In this document: one piece after another, positions 8,973 to 19,586 of the stretch
How positions within the stretch are numbered: the stretch's first letter is position 1
How the letters are laid out: each line of letters opens with the position of its first letter
Program-made: the position numbers and the translations under genes
The notes under the pieces: generated by a model
Databases searched by the model: none
The model's input: only the letters and a program-made list of their open reading frames with translations
Told to the model about the DNA's origin: nothing
Assembly: GCA_036338595.1 (NCBI GenBank)
Contig: JAYZBV010000071.1
Coordinates: 1-64,000 of the forward strand
Source of the DNA: Planctomycetota bacterium
GTDB lineage: Bacteria > Planctomycetota > UBA8108 > UBA1146
DNA: 64,000 bases
Direction: 5' to 3'

Positions 8973-10207
8973 CTCCCTCCGAACTGAAGAAACCTGTCGT
9001 GGTTTTGAAATTTGGCGGCACCAGCGTTGCATCCCCGGCTCTGATCCGGAATGCCGCCCAGCGGATCGCTCGTTGTCGCTTGGAACAGAAGCATGTCGTT
9101 TGTGTCGTGTCCGCCATGGGCGACACCACCGATCGACTCGGTTCTCTGGCGCGCGAGGTCTCCAGCAATCCCTCCTGCAGGGAGATGGATGTACTGCTGT
9201 CTGCAGGAGAAGTTCAGTCGATGGCTCTGCTCTCGATGGCCCTGACAGAACTGGGTGTACCGGCGATCTCGTTGTCCGGTCAGCAGGGCGGCATCCTGAC
9301 CGATGACCGCCATGCGGAGGCGAGAATCCTGCGCATCGATCCTGCGCGAGTGGTCGAGGCGCTCCATGACGACCAGGTCGTGGTGCTGGCTGGATTCCAG
9401 GGCACCGACGAGCAGATGGAAATCACAACCCTGGGAAGAGGCGGATCCGATACCAGCGCGGTTGCCATGGCAGCGGCTCTGGAAGCGGAACGCTGCGAAA
9501 TCCTCACCGATGTGCCCGGCGTGTTCACCGCCGACCCGCGGCTGGTGTCCAGTGCGAAGCAAATATCTACACTCAGCTACGATGAGATGCTCGAGATGGC
9601 CAATCTGGGTGCCAAGGTACTGCACGGCCGGTGTGTGGAACTCGCACGCCGCTTTCAGGTGCCACTCGTGGTCGCCTCTGCGACGAAGGAACTCCCTGGA
9701 ACCAGGATTGTCGGAAAGGATGAGTCGATGGAAGAGGTCGTTGTCAGAGCGGTCACCGATGATCGAGACGTACAAAAGGTATCGATCCTATCGGTACCCG
9801 ATGAACCGGGGATCGCTGCCAAACTCTTCAGTGCGCTCGGAGATCATGGAATCAATGTGCGCCTGATCGTACAAGCCCAGAGTCATGAAGGTCACAACGA
9901 CATCACGTTCATCGTATCCGGTGATACCCTCATGGAGAAATCTGACCTGGAGACGGTGGTTGCGCAGGTCGGTGGCACCTCATGGATCGTCGATGACGAT
10001 GTGGCGTTACTCAACATCGTCGGGGAGGGCATCCAGAGAGAACCTGGAGTCGCAGGAAAGATCTTCTCCGTGCTCGCAGAGCAACAGATCAACCTCGATC
10101 TGATCTCCTCTTCAAACCTGGTCATCACCTGCGTCGTCAAGGAGAAGGACCTCGCCAGAGGTGCCACAGCTCTTCATGCCGCATTGATCGAGACTGACAA
10201 CAACTGA
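8969..10207 (+). CDS. lysC: Aspartate kinase (alpha chain, two ACT domains)
   Basis: KFGGTSV, VVSAMGDTTD, TTLGRGGSDTSA, TDVPGVFTADP; ATG 8969 overlaps the thrB stop. Confidence 0.96.
   Translation: MTPSELKKPVVVLKFGGTSVASPALIRNAAQRIARCRLEQKHVVCVVSAMGDTTDRLGSLAREVSSNPSCREMDVLLSAGEVQSMALLSMALTELGVPAISLSGQQGGILTDDRHAEARILRIDPARVVEALHDDQVVVLAGFQGTDEQMEITTLGRGGSDTSAVAMAAALEAERCEILTDVPGVFTADPRLVSSAKQISTLSYDEMLEMANLGAKVLHGRCVELARRFQVPLVVASATKELPGTRIVGKDESMEEVVVRAVTDDRDVQKVSILSVPDEPGIAAKLFSALGDHGINVRLIVQAQSHEGHNDITFIVSGDTLMEKSDLETVVAQVGGTSWIVDDDVALLNIVGEGIQREPGVAGKIFSVLAEQQINLDLISSSNLVITCVVKEKDLARGATALHAALIETDNN
9728..10207 (+). CDS. Putative nested in-frame aspartate kinase beta subunit (159 aa)
   Basis: In-frame ATG (MEEVVVRAV) at the catalytic/ACT boundary, with AAGGA at 9716-9720, 7 nt upstream. 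Confidence 0.55.
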   Translation: MEEVVVRAVTDDRDVQKVSILSVPDEPGIAAKLFSALGDHGINVRLIVQAQSHEGHNDITFIVSGDTLMEKSDLETVVAQVGGTSWIVDDDVALLNIVGEGIQREPGVAGKIFSVLAEQQINLDLISSSNLVITCVVKEKDLARGATALHAALIETDNN

Positions 10208-10211
10208 CCGC

Positions 10212-13109
10212 TCAAGACTCCAGGTATTCCTCAACCGGAGGACAAGAGCAAACCAGATTTCGATCCCCGAAGGCCTGGTCGACGCGTGCCACCGCTGGCC
10301 AGAACTTACTGGACTTCTGATTCGCTCCTGGATAGGCGGCCACCTCTCTCGAGTATGGATGGTCCCAATCGGCGCAGGTCACCACGGCAGCGGTGTGAGG
10401 CGCATTGCAAAGTGGATGATCACCCGCGGGGAAGCTCCCCTCTTCCACCGCCTTGGCCTCGGCATGGATTCCCAGCATCGCATCGATGAATCGGTCCAGT
10501 TCTACTTTCGACTCACTCTCTGTAGGTTCGATCATCAGGGTGCCAGCGATCGGCCAGGACATCGTCGGTGCGTGGAAGCCATAATCGATCAGCCTCTTTG
10601 CAACATCATCGACAGAGATCCCGGCACTGTCCTTGAGAACCCTCGTATCGATGATGCATTCGTGGGCAACATGGCCCTGGTGCCCGCGAAACAGCACCGG
10701 ATAGCAATCCTGAAGCCGGCTGGCGAGATAATTCGCCGACAAGATGGCCACCTCGGTCGCCTTACGCAGCCCCTCTGCGCCCATCATGCGGATGTAGGCA
10801 TACGAGATCGGCAAGATCATGGCACTACCGAAGGGGGCGGCGGAAATGGGGCCGATCGCCTGTTCGCCACCTGTCTTTCGTTCCGGATGAGCCGGCAGAA
10901 ATGGAGCGAGGTGTTCGGCCACCGCGATGGGTCCCATTCCAGGGCCACCACCACCGTGAGGTATGCAGAAGGTCTTGTGAAGATTGAGGTGACAAACATC
11001 GGCTCCGATATCTCCGGGGCGACAGAGTCCCACCATCGCATTCATGTTCGCTCCGTCGAGATAGACCTGAGCTCCCACTTCGTGAATCATCTCGCAAACC
11101 TTCGAGATACTGGTCTCGAAGACGCCGTGAGTGGAGGGATAAGTCACCATCAGTGCAGCGCAACGAGAACCATGCTCTTCGATCTTCGACTCCAGGTCAT
11201 CGATCGAGATGTTGCCATCGTCGTCACACTTGACGACGACCACTTCCATTCCAGCCATGGTAGCGCTTGCAGGATTGGTTCCGTGCGCTGACTGAGGAAT
11301 GAAGCAGACGTTTCGATTCGAGTCTCCGCGCGCAAGGTGGTATTCCCTGATCACCATCAGACCGGCAAACTCACCCTGTGAACCGGCATTCGGCATCAGG
11401 GAGACTGCACTGAATCCGGTGATCTCCTGCAGCCAGGACTCCAGGCGATCAAATAGTACCTGGTAACCAGCGGTTTGCTCCCTGGGCGCAAATGGATGCA
11501 ATCGATTGAAGCCCGGGTAGAGGATCGGAAACATCTCCGCTGCAGCATTCAGTTTCATGGTGCAAGAGCCGAGCGGAATCATGGCGGTGTTGAGGGCAAG
11601 ATCTCTGTTTTCAAGCAGATGCATGTATCGAACAAGTTCCATCTCCGAACGATAGCGATGGAACACGGGGTGAGTCAGAAACTCACTCTTTCTCGCCAGG
11701 GACTCGGGGAACTCTGCACTACAACCGGCTGCCACCGCATCGAGATCAACGGAGCCGGCAGCGGCACCAAACACCTGCAAGATGGAGAGGATGTCCTCTC
11801 GCTTCGTGGTCTCGTCGAAGGAAATTCCGACCGAACCGTCGCCGTAGTATCGAAAGTTGCGCTGCTCGGCGATGCTGCGGTTTCGCAACTCCTCCTCTGA
11901 AACACCGACCGGTGTCACCTTCACGGTATCAAATCGAACTGCCTCGACGACCTCATGGCCGAGGTCTGCTAGCCCCTTCGCCAGAATCTCACACTGAAGG
12001 CGTACTCGCTTCGCGATGGTCACGAGTCCTTCGGGCCCATGATGGACCGCATACATCCCGGCACAGACTGCCAGCAGTACCTGAGCTGTGCAGATGTTGC
12101 TGGTCGCTCTGTCGCGACGGATATGTTGCTCCCTGGTCTGAAGCGCCAGCCTGAGGGCACGATTGCCCTGCGCATCTCGAGACACACCCACCAGTCTGCC
12201 AGGCAACTGCCTCTTGAATTTCTCTCGGGTCGCCAGGAACGCAGCGTGGGGTCCACCGAACCCCATCGGAATCCCGAAGCGTTGAGTCGAGCCAACGGCC
12301 ATGTCGGCTCCCGCTTCACCTGGTGCTCGCAGAACTGTCAGCGAGAGAGGATCTGCCGCGACGACGACCAGTGCCTTCGCCTCGTGTGCTCGGGTACAGA
12401 TCCCCTCGAGGTCGAGTACCCTTCCCTCGGTATCGGGGTACTGCAAGAGCACACCGAAACATGTTGCAGGAAAGGTGAAATCCTCGTGATCTCCTACAAT
12501 GATCTCGATAGCGAGAGGCTCTGCCCTTTGCTTGACGATCTCGATCGTCTGGGGGTGGCAATTCTCAGACACGAAGAACAGGTCCAGAGGCTCATCTCGA
12601 CGAGCTCGGTCCTGAATGCGATGGCACATCGTCATCGCTTCCGCCGCCGCAGTTCCCTCATCGAGCATCGATGAGTTCGATACTTCCAGCCCTGTCAGAT
12701 CACAGATCATCGTCTGGTAGTTGAGCAGCGCCTCGAGCCGTCCCTGGCTGATCTCTGGTTGGTAGGGTGTATAGGCGGTGTACCAGCCGGGGGCCTCAAG
12801 GATCCCGCGTCGAATCACAGGTGGAGTGATGCAATCATGATAACCGTTGCCGATGTGAGAGCGGAATTGATCGTTACGGGATGCGAGTTCCTGCAATTCG
12901 GAGAGTGTCTCACCCTCGGTGGCAGCATCGTCCAACTTCAGGGTTCCTTTGTAGCGAATGGACTCGGGAATAGTCCGTTCCAGCAGTTCTTCCATGGATG
13001 TGACTCCGACTGCGGATAGCATCTTTTCGATGTCTTGAGGTCTCGGACCGATGTGGCGCTTGTGGAAAACATCTCCCGAATCGAGCAGGTCACTTGCTGA
13101 ACCAGACAT
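10212..13109 (-). CDS. gcvP: Glycine dehydrogenase (decarboxylating), single-chain P protein
   Basis: [56 protein letters not shown]. Confidence 0.98.
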   Translation of the reverse strand: MSGSASDLLDSGDVFHKRHIGPRPQDIEKMLSAVGVTSMEELLERTIPESIRYKGTLKLDDAATEGETLSELQELASRNDQFRSHIGNGYHDCITPPVIRRGILEAPGWYTAYTPYQPEISQGRLEALLNYQTMICDLTGLEVSNSSMLDEGTAAAEAMTMCHRIQDRARRDEPLDLFFVSENCHPQTIEIVKQRAEPLAIEIIVGDHEDFTFPATCFGVLLQYPDTEGRVLDLEGICTRAHEAKALVVVAADPLSLTVLRAPGEAGADMAVGSTQRFGIPMGFGGPHAAFLATREKFKRQLPGRLVGVSRDAQGNRALRLALQTREQHIRRDRATSNICTAQVLLAVCAGMYAVHHGPEGLVTIAKRVRLQCEILAKGLADLGHEVVEAVRFDTVKVTPVGVSEEELRNRSIAEQRNFRYYGDGSVGISFDETTKREDILSILQVFGAAAGSVDLDAVAAGCSAEFPESLARKSEFLTHPVFHRYRSEMELVRYMHLLENRDLALNTAMIPLGSCTMKLNAAAEMFPILYPGFNRLHPFAPREQTAGYQVLFDRLESWLQEITGFSAVSLMPNAGSQGEFAGLMVIREYHLARGDSNRNVCFIPQSAHGTNPASATMAGMEVVVVKCDDDGNISIDDLESKIEEHGSRCAALMVTYPSTHGVFETSISKVCEMIHEVGAQVYLDGANMNAMVGLCRPGDIGADVCHLNLHKTFCIPHGGGGPGMGPIAVAEHLAPFLPAHPERKTGGEQAIGPISAAPFGSAMILPISYAYIRMMGAEGLRKATEVAILSANYLASRLQDCYPVLFRGHQGHVAHECIIDTRVLKDSAGISVDDVAKRLIDYGFHAPTMSWPIAGTLMIEPTESESKVELDRFIDAMLGIHAEAKAVEEGSFPAGDHPLCNAPHTAAVVTCADWDHPYSREVAAYPGANQKSSKFWPAVARVDQAFGDRNLVCSCPPVEEYLES

Positions 13110-13290
13110 TGCGAATCCTCCGGAACCGAGGGAAACGGAAGCAGCCCTTCGGGGGCCACTCTACCAGTCCCTACCCTAGCCATCTGTCGAGGATGCGGCA
13201 ACCAAACCGAAGCCTCGAAGAGTAGCATCCGAATCGCTGTCTGGTTCTAATGCTTCCACTCAAAACCATGCTTGCGCCATGAGGAGGCCG

Positions 13291-14922
13291 ATGGGAAACC
13301 AGATCTTCTGCCCTGCAGCACCTGACAACGAACCGATCCTCGATTACGCACCTGGATCTTCCGAGCGGGCCTCCATCGAGGGGCGGCTCGAATCGATGTG
13401 GAATGATGTTCCGGAGATCCCATGCATCGTGGGCGGCAAGGAAGTCTTCACCGGGATCATCCGTGAACAACGCTGCCCTCATGATCATTCCCGGGTGCTG
13501 GCGCGATGGCATGGTGCCACTCCCGAGGTGGTGAACTCGGCGGTCGACGCAGCCAACGCGGCCTGGGTCGACTGGTCGAGTGCTCCCCAGCAAGTTCGTT
13601 CAGCGGTGATGGAACGAGCCGCACAGTTACTCTGTGGTCCCTGGCGCGATGAACTCAACGCTTCGACGATGCTCGGACAATCCAAGACGGTGTATCAGGC
13701 CGAAATCGATGCCGCCTGCGAGTTGATCGACTTCTTCCGCTTCAACAATCACTTTGCACTCGACCAGATCCCAAGTGAGCAACCATTGAAGAACCCCCAG
13801 GGCACCTGGAATCATGTCGATTATCGACCCCTTGAGGGATTCGTGTACGCCATCGCTCCTTTCAATTTCACTTCCATCGCAGCGAATCTTTGCTGTGCAC
13901 CCGTCTTGATGGGGAATACCGCGCTCTGGAAGCCCTCGAAGACTTCGATCCTCTCGAACTGGTATGCCTACAGGATGCTCGAAGAAGCGGGACTCCCTCC
14001 GGGAGTCATCAACTTTGTTCCCGGAGATCCGGTAGAGGTCACCGCGGCTACACTTTCGAGTCCCAGTTTTGCAGGTCTGCATTACACGGGATCCACCGAG
14101 GTCTTCCGGCACCTCTGGAAGCAGATCGGAGATCAACTCGAAAATTATCGCAGTTACCCGAGAATCGTCGGCGAGACGGGAGGCAAGGACTTCATCTTCG
14201 CACATCCGAGTGCCGATGTTGCTCCGCTGGTGACTGCAGCGGTGCGAGGAGCTTTCGAGTACCAGGGACAGAAGTGCTCTGCCGCGAGTCGGATGTACAT
14301 TCCTGAAAGTATCTGGCCCCAGGTGAAAGAGCAGCTGGTGGAAGCCACTCGATCGCTGCCGATGGGAGATGTCAGAGATTTCAGAAACTTCGTCAGCGCC
14401 GTGATCGACGAAGGCGCCTACAAGCGGTTAAAGCAGGCGATCGAGGGTGCAAAAGATGATCCGCAATGCCACATCATTGCCGGTGGCGAGTGTGACGATT
14501 CTCAGGGCTGGTACATCTCACCGACTGTCATCGAATGTGAGGACCCTCGATCCTACTCGATGGAAACAGAACTCTTCGGTCCGATCCTTTCCGTGTTCGT
14601 ATACGATGATGCAGAGATGGAAAGGTGCCTCGATCTTGTCGACACCACCAGCCCTTATGCGCTCACCGGTGCGGTTTTCTGTAGTGATCGGATAGCCACG
14701 GATGCCCTCTCGGAACGCCTTCGCTACAGCGCGGGAAATTTCTACATCAACGACAAGCCGACCGGCGCCGTCGTGGGTCAGCAACCCTTCGGAGGCGCGC
14801 GCGCATCGGGCACCGATGACAAGGCGGGATCGGCACTCAATCTTCTGCGATGGGTCGCTCCGAGGACGGTGAAGGAGAACTTCATGCCCCCCACCTCCCA
14901 CGAGTATCCACACATGGGCTGA
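13291..14922 (+). CDS. pruA: L-glutamate gamma-semialdehyde (P5C) dehydrogenase
   Basis: NEPILDYAPGS, PFNFT, GETGGKDF, FEYQGQKCSA, YALTGAVF; GAGGAGG SD before ATG 13291. Confidence 0.95.
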   Translation: MGNQIFCPAAPDNEPILDYAPGSSERASIEGRLESMWNDVPEIPCIVGGKEVFTGIIREQRCPHDHSRVLARWHGATPEVVNSAVDAANAAWVDWSSAPQQVRSAVMERAAQLLCGPWRDELNASTMLGQSKTVYQAEIDAACELIDFFRFNNHFALDQIPSEQPLKNPQGTWNHVDYRPLEGFVYAIAPFNFTSIAANLCCAPVLMGNTALWKPSKTSILSNWYAYRMLEEAGLPPGVINFVPGDPVEVTAATLSSPSFAGLHYTGSTEVFRHLWKQIGDQLENYRSYPRIVGETGGKDFIFAHPSADVAPLVTAAVRGAFEYQGQKCSAASRMYIPESIWPQVKEQLVEATRSLPMGDVRDFRNFVSAVIDEGAYKRLKQAIEGAKDDPQCHIIAGGECDDSQGWYISPTVIECEDPRSYSMETELFGPILSVFVYDDAEMERCLDLVDTTSPYALTGAVFCSDRIATDALSERLRYSAGNFYINDKPTGAVVGQQPFGGARASGTDDKAGSALNLLRWVAPRTVKENFMPPTSHEYPHMG

Positions 14923-14974
14923 GGCTCGCTCGGGTTCTGATTCACTCGCCTGTAGATTCCAGGTCCAACTGCAG

Positions 14975-15985
14975 TCAGGGACCTCCGGCAGCCTCGACGA
15001 TCCCCTCGCGGACCAGATCTGCGAGCCTCACGACCCCCCTCGGTGATTGGTCCGACTTGAGAATCACCAGGCAAGTGATCTCCTGCGCCCGCATCTGCGC
15101 CAGTGCATCGACAGCGAGGCCATCGGCGGCCACGGTTCCATCAGGAACCGCCTCCTGAGACTCGCGTCGACTCATTTTCCATGCCTCGGAAATGGGCAAA
15201 TCGACCGGAGATGACGATCTCGTCAACAATCTGCGCAGGTCCCCGTCGGTGAAGACACCGATGTACTTGCCATCCGAATCGACAACGCACGCCATCCCCA
15301 GACCCTTGCCACTCATCTCGACCAGTAGATCTGCCACCGACTGTGTTTCATCGACCAGAGGCAGCGCATCCCCCTCATGGAGCAGGTCTTCGCAGCGAAC
15401 CAGCAACCTTCGACCCAGCGTGCCCTCTGGATGAAAACTGGCAAATTGCTCCTCGGTGAATCCTCGCGCATCGAGCAAGCTCATGGCGAGTGCATCGGCT
15501 ACCGCCAGTTGAAGAACGGAGCTGGTGGTCGGAGCCAGCGACAGCGGGCCCGCCTCTCCCAGCGCAGGAATCTCGACGACCACATCTGAAAGACGTGCCG
15601 CTGGAGAATTCGCATCTTCACAGATGGAGATGACGGCACCACCGACGCGGCGGAAGTGGCCCAGAAATCTCACCAGTTCCTCGGTCTGCCCACTCTTGGA
15701 GAGCGCCAACAGGATGTCACCATCTCCCACGATCCCCAGATCTCCGTGCAAGGCTTCGATGGGATGCAGGAACAGTGCCGGTGTCCCGGTGCTCGCCAGT
15801 GTGCCGGCAACCTTCTGCGCGATGCTGCCGCTCTTTCCGACTCCCGACACAAGGACTCGTCCGGGAGCCTCGACAAGAAGCCTGACCGCCTGCTGGAATG
15901 CGTCACCGAGTCCTGCAGCGAGCGACTGGAGTGCTCTCGCCTCCTGCTCGATCACTTCCCGACCTATCTGAAGGCTATCTGACAC
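14975..15985 (-). CDS. kdsD: KpsF/GutQ-family arabinose-5-phosphate isomerase (SIS + CBS domains)
   Basis: GVGKSG, LASTGTPA, EALHGDLG, LAPTTS, FHPEGTLG, TDGDLRR; GTG 15985 with GGAGGAG SD. Confidence 0.92.
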   Translation of the reverse strand: MSDSLQIGREVIEQEARALQSLAAGLGDAFQQAVRLLVEAPGRVLVSGVGKSGSIAQKVAGTLASTGTPALFLHPIEALHGDLGIVGDGDILLALSKSGQTEELVRFLGHFRRVGGAVISICEDANSPAARLSDVVVEIPALGEAGPLSLAPTTSSVLQLAVADALAMSLLDARGFTEEQFASFHPEGTLGRRLLVRCEDLLHEGDALPLVDETQSVADLLVEMSGKGLGMACVVDSDGKYIGVFTDGDLRRLLTRSSSPVDLPISEAWKMSRRESQEAVPDGTVAADGLAVDALAQMRAQEITCLVILKSDQSPRGVVRLADLVREGIVEAAGGP

Positions 15986-16122
15986 CGCGCAACTCCTCCC
16001 GGAGTGAATGGACCTGGTTCCCCATCGTGCTTCGGTCGGCGTGAACTCGCAAGGAAAGGCTAAAGGTTCGTACCAGATCTGCCGATGAAGGATGAAGTAG
16101 TGAAATTCCGTCGGAGGCGACC

Positions 16123-16470
16123 GTGCAACTGCCACCAGAAAAAGACACAAACCACTCCATTGAAGATACTTACGGCAATTCCACGGGCTCTCACACTGGT
16201 GAGTCCCAGTGGCTCGATGTGGTGAGCACCCCCGCTGCCCAGCTTCCCCCCAGGGTCCAGACCGAGGCGATCCCCGCTGCGACCACTCCTGACGCTGTTT
16301 CACCGCTACCCGAGGTGGTACCCGAACAGGCGCCAGAGATCTCGACAGGTACACTGCGGATCATATTCATCATCCTGCTGACCGCTGCATTTCTGCTCGG
16401 CATGCAAGGGACTGCGGGAGATCATCAGGCCGTCAAACTCGACTCGGCAACGAAGTTCCTCGGCGATTGA
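16123..16470 (+). CDS. Small membrane-anchored hypothetical protein
   Basis: GGAGG SD at 16113-16117 before GTG; Pro/Thr/Glu-rich N-terminus followed by one hydrophobic helix. Confidence 0.5.
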   Translation: MQLPPEKDTNHSIEDTYGNSTGSHTGESQWLDVVSTPAAQLPPRVQTEAIPAATTPDAVSPLPEVVPEQAPEISTGTLRIIFIILLTAAFLLGMQGTAGDHQAVKLDSATKFLGD

Positions 16471-16708
16471 ACTGCCACAGCAGGTGAGTTCTCTGCTGCC
16501 ACACGCATCCCCATCCGATTCCATGGCGACAGTTCTGCACTGACCACCCTCGATCCGCCGCCAGCACCGACAGCCGCAGACCCCGGACATCCAGCGCCAC
16601 CCGCCTCGCAAACCCTGCTGCTGCTCTCGAAGGCACCACCGTGAGGGTTGCCGGCACCGCCTGGATCCACCAGACTCCTTGCTGGATCACCACCGGGAGG
16701 AGTTCCTG

Positions 16709-17686
16709 ATGAGAAGGCGAGATTTCCTGCGACATGCGGCAGCGGCAGGGTTCGGTTGCCTCGCCACTTCGGGCGTCCGCGGCCACGGCGGATCCGGCGA
16801 CACGCCTCCGGGCTTCCCCGTCATCATCTCCACCTGGCCCTTCGGTCGAGAAGCCAACCTCGAAGCACTCGCTGTTCTGGATTCAGGGGGCAGCGCCCTG
16901 GATGCCGTAGAGCGCGGCGTCATGACCGCAGAGGCGAATGAGAGCATCTCGACGGTGGGATACGGTGGCTTTCCCAATCGAGATGGGACCGTGCAACTGG
17001 ATGCTGCCATCTTTGACGGCAGCACCCTCGACGGAGGAGCGGTGTGCGCACTCACCGGTCATCGTCACCCGGTGCAGGTCGCAAGGAAGGTGATGGAGAA
17101 CTCCCCGCACCTGATCCTGGTCGGCGAAGGCGCCTCCAGTTTCGCCATCTCCGAAGGGTATCCCCGCGAAGAAACCCTCTCGGAAGCAGCCAGAGCCGCC
17201 TATCAGAAGTGGCGCAAGAAGCACCCCGCTGGAGAGGGAAAGGCGGAGGGCCACGACACTCTTGGCCAGGTGGTGCTCGGATCGAACGGCAATATTACAG
17301 CCGCTTGCACCAGCAGCGGTATGGCATGGAAACTGCCCGGCCGTGTAGGAGACTCCCCCATCGTGGGACATGGCCTGTATGCGGATGACGCAGTGGGCGG
17401 CTGCGTCGCCACCGGAGTCGGCGAAGAGATCTCGAAGGTGTGCGGCTCTTTCCTCGTCATCGAGTTGATGCGTCAAGGAGCGAGCCCGGATCAGGCAATC
17501 AGTGAAACTCTCGATCGTATCCTGCAAAGACCCGGGCAAAGCCCCTCGATCAGCGCTGCGTTCGTCGCGGTGGCCAGAGATGGGCGACACGGCGCAGGAG
17601 CGATCGGCTCCGATTTCCACTATGCCATCACTCGAGGAGCAGAGACTCAGGTTGTGAAGGTGAAACCTCGAAACAGAAAGGGGTGA
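16709..17686 (+). CDS. Tat-exported N4-(beta-N-acetylglucosaminyl)-L-asparaginase / asparaginase-2 family Ntn hydrolase
   Basis: Twin-arginine signal MRRRDFL; STVGYGGFP, autoprocessing site GHD-TLG, GRVGDSPIVG. Confidence 0.9.
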   Translation: MRRRDFLRHAAAAGFGCLATSGVRGHGGSGDTPPGFPVIISTWPFGREANLEALAVLDSGGSALDAVERGVMTAEANESISTVGYGGFPNRDGTVQLDAAIFDGSTLDGGAVCALTGHRHPVQVARKVMENSPHLILVGEGASSFAISEGYPREETLSEAARAAYQKWRKKHPAGEGKAEGHDTLGQVVLGSNGNITAACTSSGMAWKLPGRVGDSPIVGHGLYADDAVGGCVATGVGEEISKVCGSFLVIELMRQGASPDQAISETLDRILQRPGQSPSISAAFVAVARDGRHGAGAIGSDFHYAITRGAETQVVKVKPRNRKG

Positions 17687-17689
17687 TCG

Positions 17690-19336
17690 ATGTCGAACAA
17701 GCCCAAGGGTCCAGGAGTGATCGCAGCCGCTGAACCCCTCGCTGCTGCTGTGGGTGCCGACATTCTCAAGCAAGGTGGAAATGCCATCGACGCCGCCGTT
17801 GCTGTCGGTTTCGCCCTCGCTGTCACCTACCCCGCTGCTGGCAATCTCGGCGGGGGCGGTTTCCTCGTCGGCTCGATCGGGCGAGATGGGACCAGTGGAA
17901 CTTCCCAGGTGGCTCTCGATTTCCGTGAAGAGGCGCCGGGTGCTGCCACCGCAGACATGTACACCCGTGCCGCCGAAGCGGGACAAAAACAGGCCTCCCT
18001 TCTGGGGCACCTCGCCTCCGGCGTACCCGGTTCCGTTGCCGGGCTGGTGACAGCACTGGAGCGCTGGGGAACGATGGATCGCCGACAGGTCATCGAACCT
18101 GCCCTGCTTCTGGCTCGCGATGGTTTCGAGATGACACGACGGACACACAGGATGCTGTCCGGATCCTCGACCAGTTCTCAGATGCGCCGCTTCGAGGCGA
18201 CGGCAGAGGCCTTTTACCCGGGAGGGAAAGCGGTTCCCGTGGGAAGCCTGTTCCGCCAGGGTGACCTGGCACGCACCCTCGAGACCATCATCGAGAAGGG
18301 TATACCCGGCTTCTACGATGGCGAGGTTGCCGACCACATCGTCGTCGAGATGAAGCGAGGCGGAGGGCTGATATCCAGCAAGGACCTGCTCGAGTACCGC
18401 CCGGTGGAGCGAACACCGATCCGATTCGGTCAAGGGCAGGGTACCGCCTACTCGATGCCCCCACCCTCCTCGGGGGGGATCTGCCTGGCACAGATGTCGA
18501 CGATGCTCGATCGGTTCCAGATCGTCGGTACCGATGCGGAATCCGCACAACTGTATCACTTGCTGGCAGAGGTGATGAGACGCTCCTTTGCAGACCGAAA
18601 CCAGTATCTGGGCGACCCTGATCATGTCGATTGCCAGCTGGAACTGTTGCAAGATCCGAAACGCCTGGCCTCACGCGCTGCCAGCATCCAACGATCCAAA
18701 GTTTCATCCTCCTCGGAGTTTCTCGCTGAGGAACCCGCGGTCAAGGAGAGTGAACAGACAACTCACTACAGCGTCATCGACAAGCATGGAAATGGTGTAT
18801 CCGTCACCACCACGCTCAATGGCTCATTCGGCAGCAAGGTCGTGGTCCCTGGCACCGGATTCCTTCTCAACAATGAAATGGATGACTTCACGGCCAGGCC
18901 CGGAGAACCCAACCTGTTCGGATTGATCCAGGGAGCAGCCAATGCCGTGGCTCCCGGTAAGCGCCCGCTCTCTTCGATGAGTCCAACAGTACTGCTCGAC
19001 TCTGCTGGCTCCGTCCGTGCGGTACTGGGAACACCGGGGGGACCGACCATCATCACAAATGTATTCCAGGTGCTGCTGGGGCTAACCAGGCTGGGGCTCT
19101 CTCCAGAAAGTTCTGTCACCGCCCCGAAGATCCATCACCAGTGCCTGCCCGATCGACTCAACCTCGAGTCCACCATTCCGTCATCCACGGCCAGAACTCT
19201 CGAGACATTTGGACACTCGATTTCTCGCAGATCTGCGATTGGCGACGTTCAACTGATCGCCACTGCCCCGGGGAGAGGCCTTGTCGGTGTCTGCGATCCG
19301 AGAGGCGGCGGCGGAGTCTCCTATACGGATCGGTGA
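17690..19336 (+). CDS. ggt: Gamma-glutamyltransferase
   Basis: GGNAIDAAVA, GNLGGGGF, DFREEAP, EQ-TTHYS nucleophile, LNNEMDDF, PGKRPLSSMSP; no signal peptide seen. Confidence 0.95.
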   Translation: MSNKPKGPGVIAAAEPLAAAVGADILKQGGNAIDAAVAVGFALAVTYPAAGNLGGGGFLVGSIGRDGTSGTSQVALDFREEAPGAATADMYTRAAEAGQKQASLLGHLASGVPGSVAGLVTALERWGTMDRRQVIEPALLLARDGFEMTRRTHRMLSGSSTSSQMRRFEATAEAFYPGGKAVPVGSLFRQGDLARTLETIIEKGIPGFYDGEVADHIVVEMKRGGGLISSKDLLEYRPVERTPIRFGQGQGTAYSMPPPSSGGICLAQMSTMLDRFQIVGTDAESAQLYHLLAEVMRRSFADRNQYLGDPDHVDCQLELLQDPKRLASRAASIQRSKVSSSSEFLAEEPAVKESEQTTHYSVIDKHGNGVSVTTTLNGSFGSKVVVPGTGFLLNNEMDDFTARPGEPNLFGLIQGAANAVAPGKRPLSSMSPTVLLDSAGSVRAVLGTPGGPTIITNVFQVLLGLTRLGLSPESSVTAPKIHHQCLPDRLNLESTIPSSTARTLETFGHSISRRSAIGDVQLIATAPGRGLVGVCDPRGGGGVSYTDR

Positions 19337-19339
19337 ATA

Positions 19340-19530
19340 ATACGGTTAGTTTGTCAGGAAAGTCGGGCGCAGAAGTCTTTGCTCCCCAATACTAACAACG
19401 CTAACATTCAAGGGTATTCACACTCCCGATGTATTGTTTGTGGAGTGGAATCGCATTGAGTTTCTTGTTGAACAGTATATTGCTCAATTGTTCATACTTA
19501 TTCTTATACGGCTCATCGACTCTGCTTTGA
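19340..19530 (+). promoter_or_regulatory. AT-rich upstream region of the cohesin-dockerin gene with a TGAACA-N14-TGTTCA inverted repeat
   Basis: Clearly AT-richer than the flanks; repeat arms at 19469-19474 and 19489-19494. Confidence 0.45.
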
Positions 19531-19586
19531 GTGTCGGCGGGCTGGACGCCTCTGAGCCTTGTGCTCACATTCGGAGGGATGGTGTT

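Noticed and set aside
13118..13157. SRP RNA (GGAAGCAGC motif)
   Set aside because: Lacks the CAGG-N-CC-GNRA-GG helix and the long flanking stem.
13110..13280. Glycine riboswitch upstream of gcvP
   Set aside because: Only a GGTAGAG..CCGAAGG resemblance; the CTCTCAGG core and aptamer stems are absent.
16883..18652. 589-aa antisense ORF and similar long shadow ORFs (e.g. 102-1052, 27312-28358, 60156-61325)
   Set aside because: They overlap well-supported genes and are expected from GC-rich codon bias.
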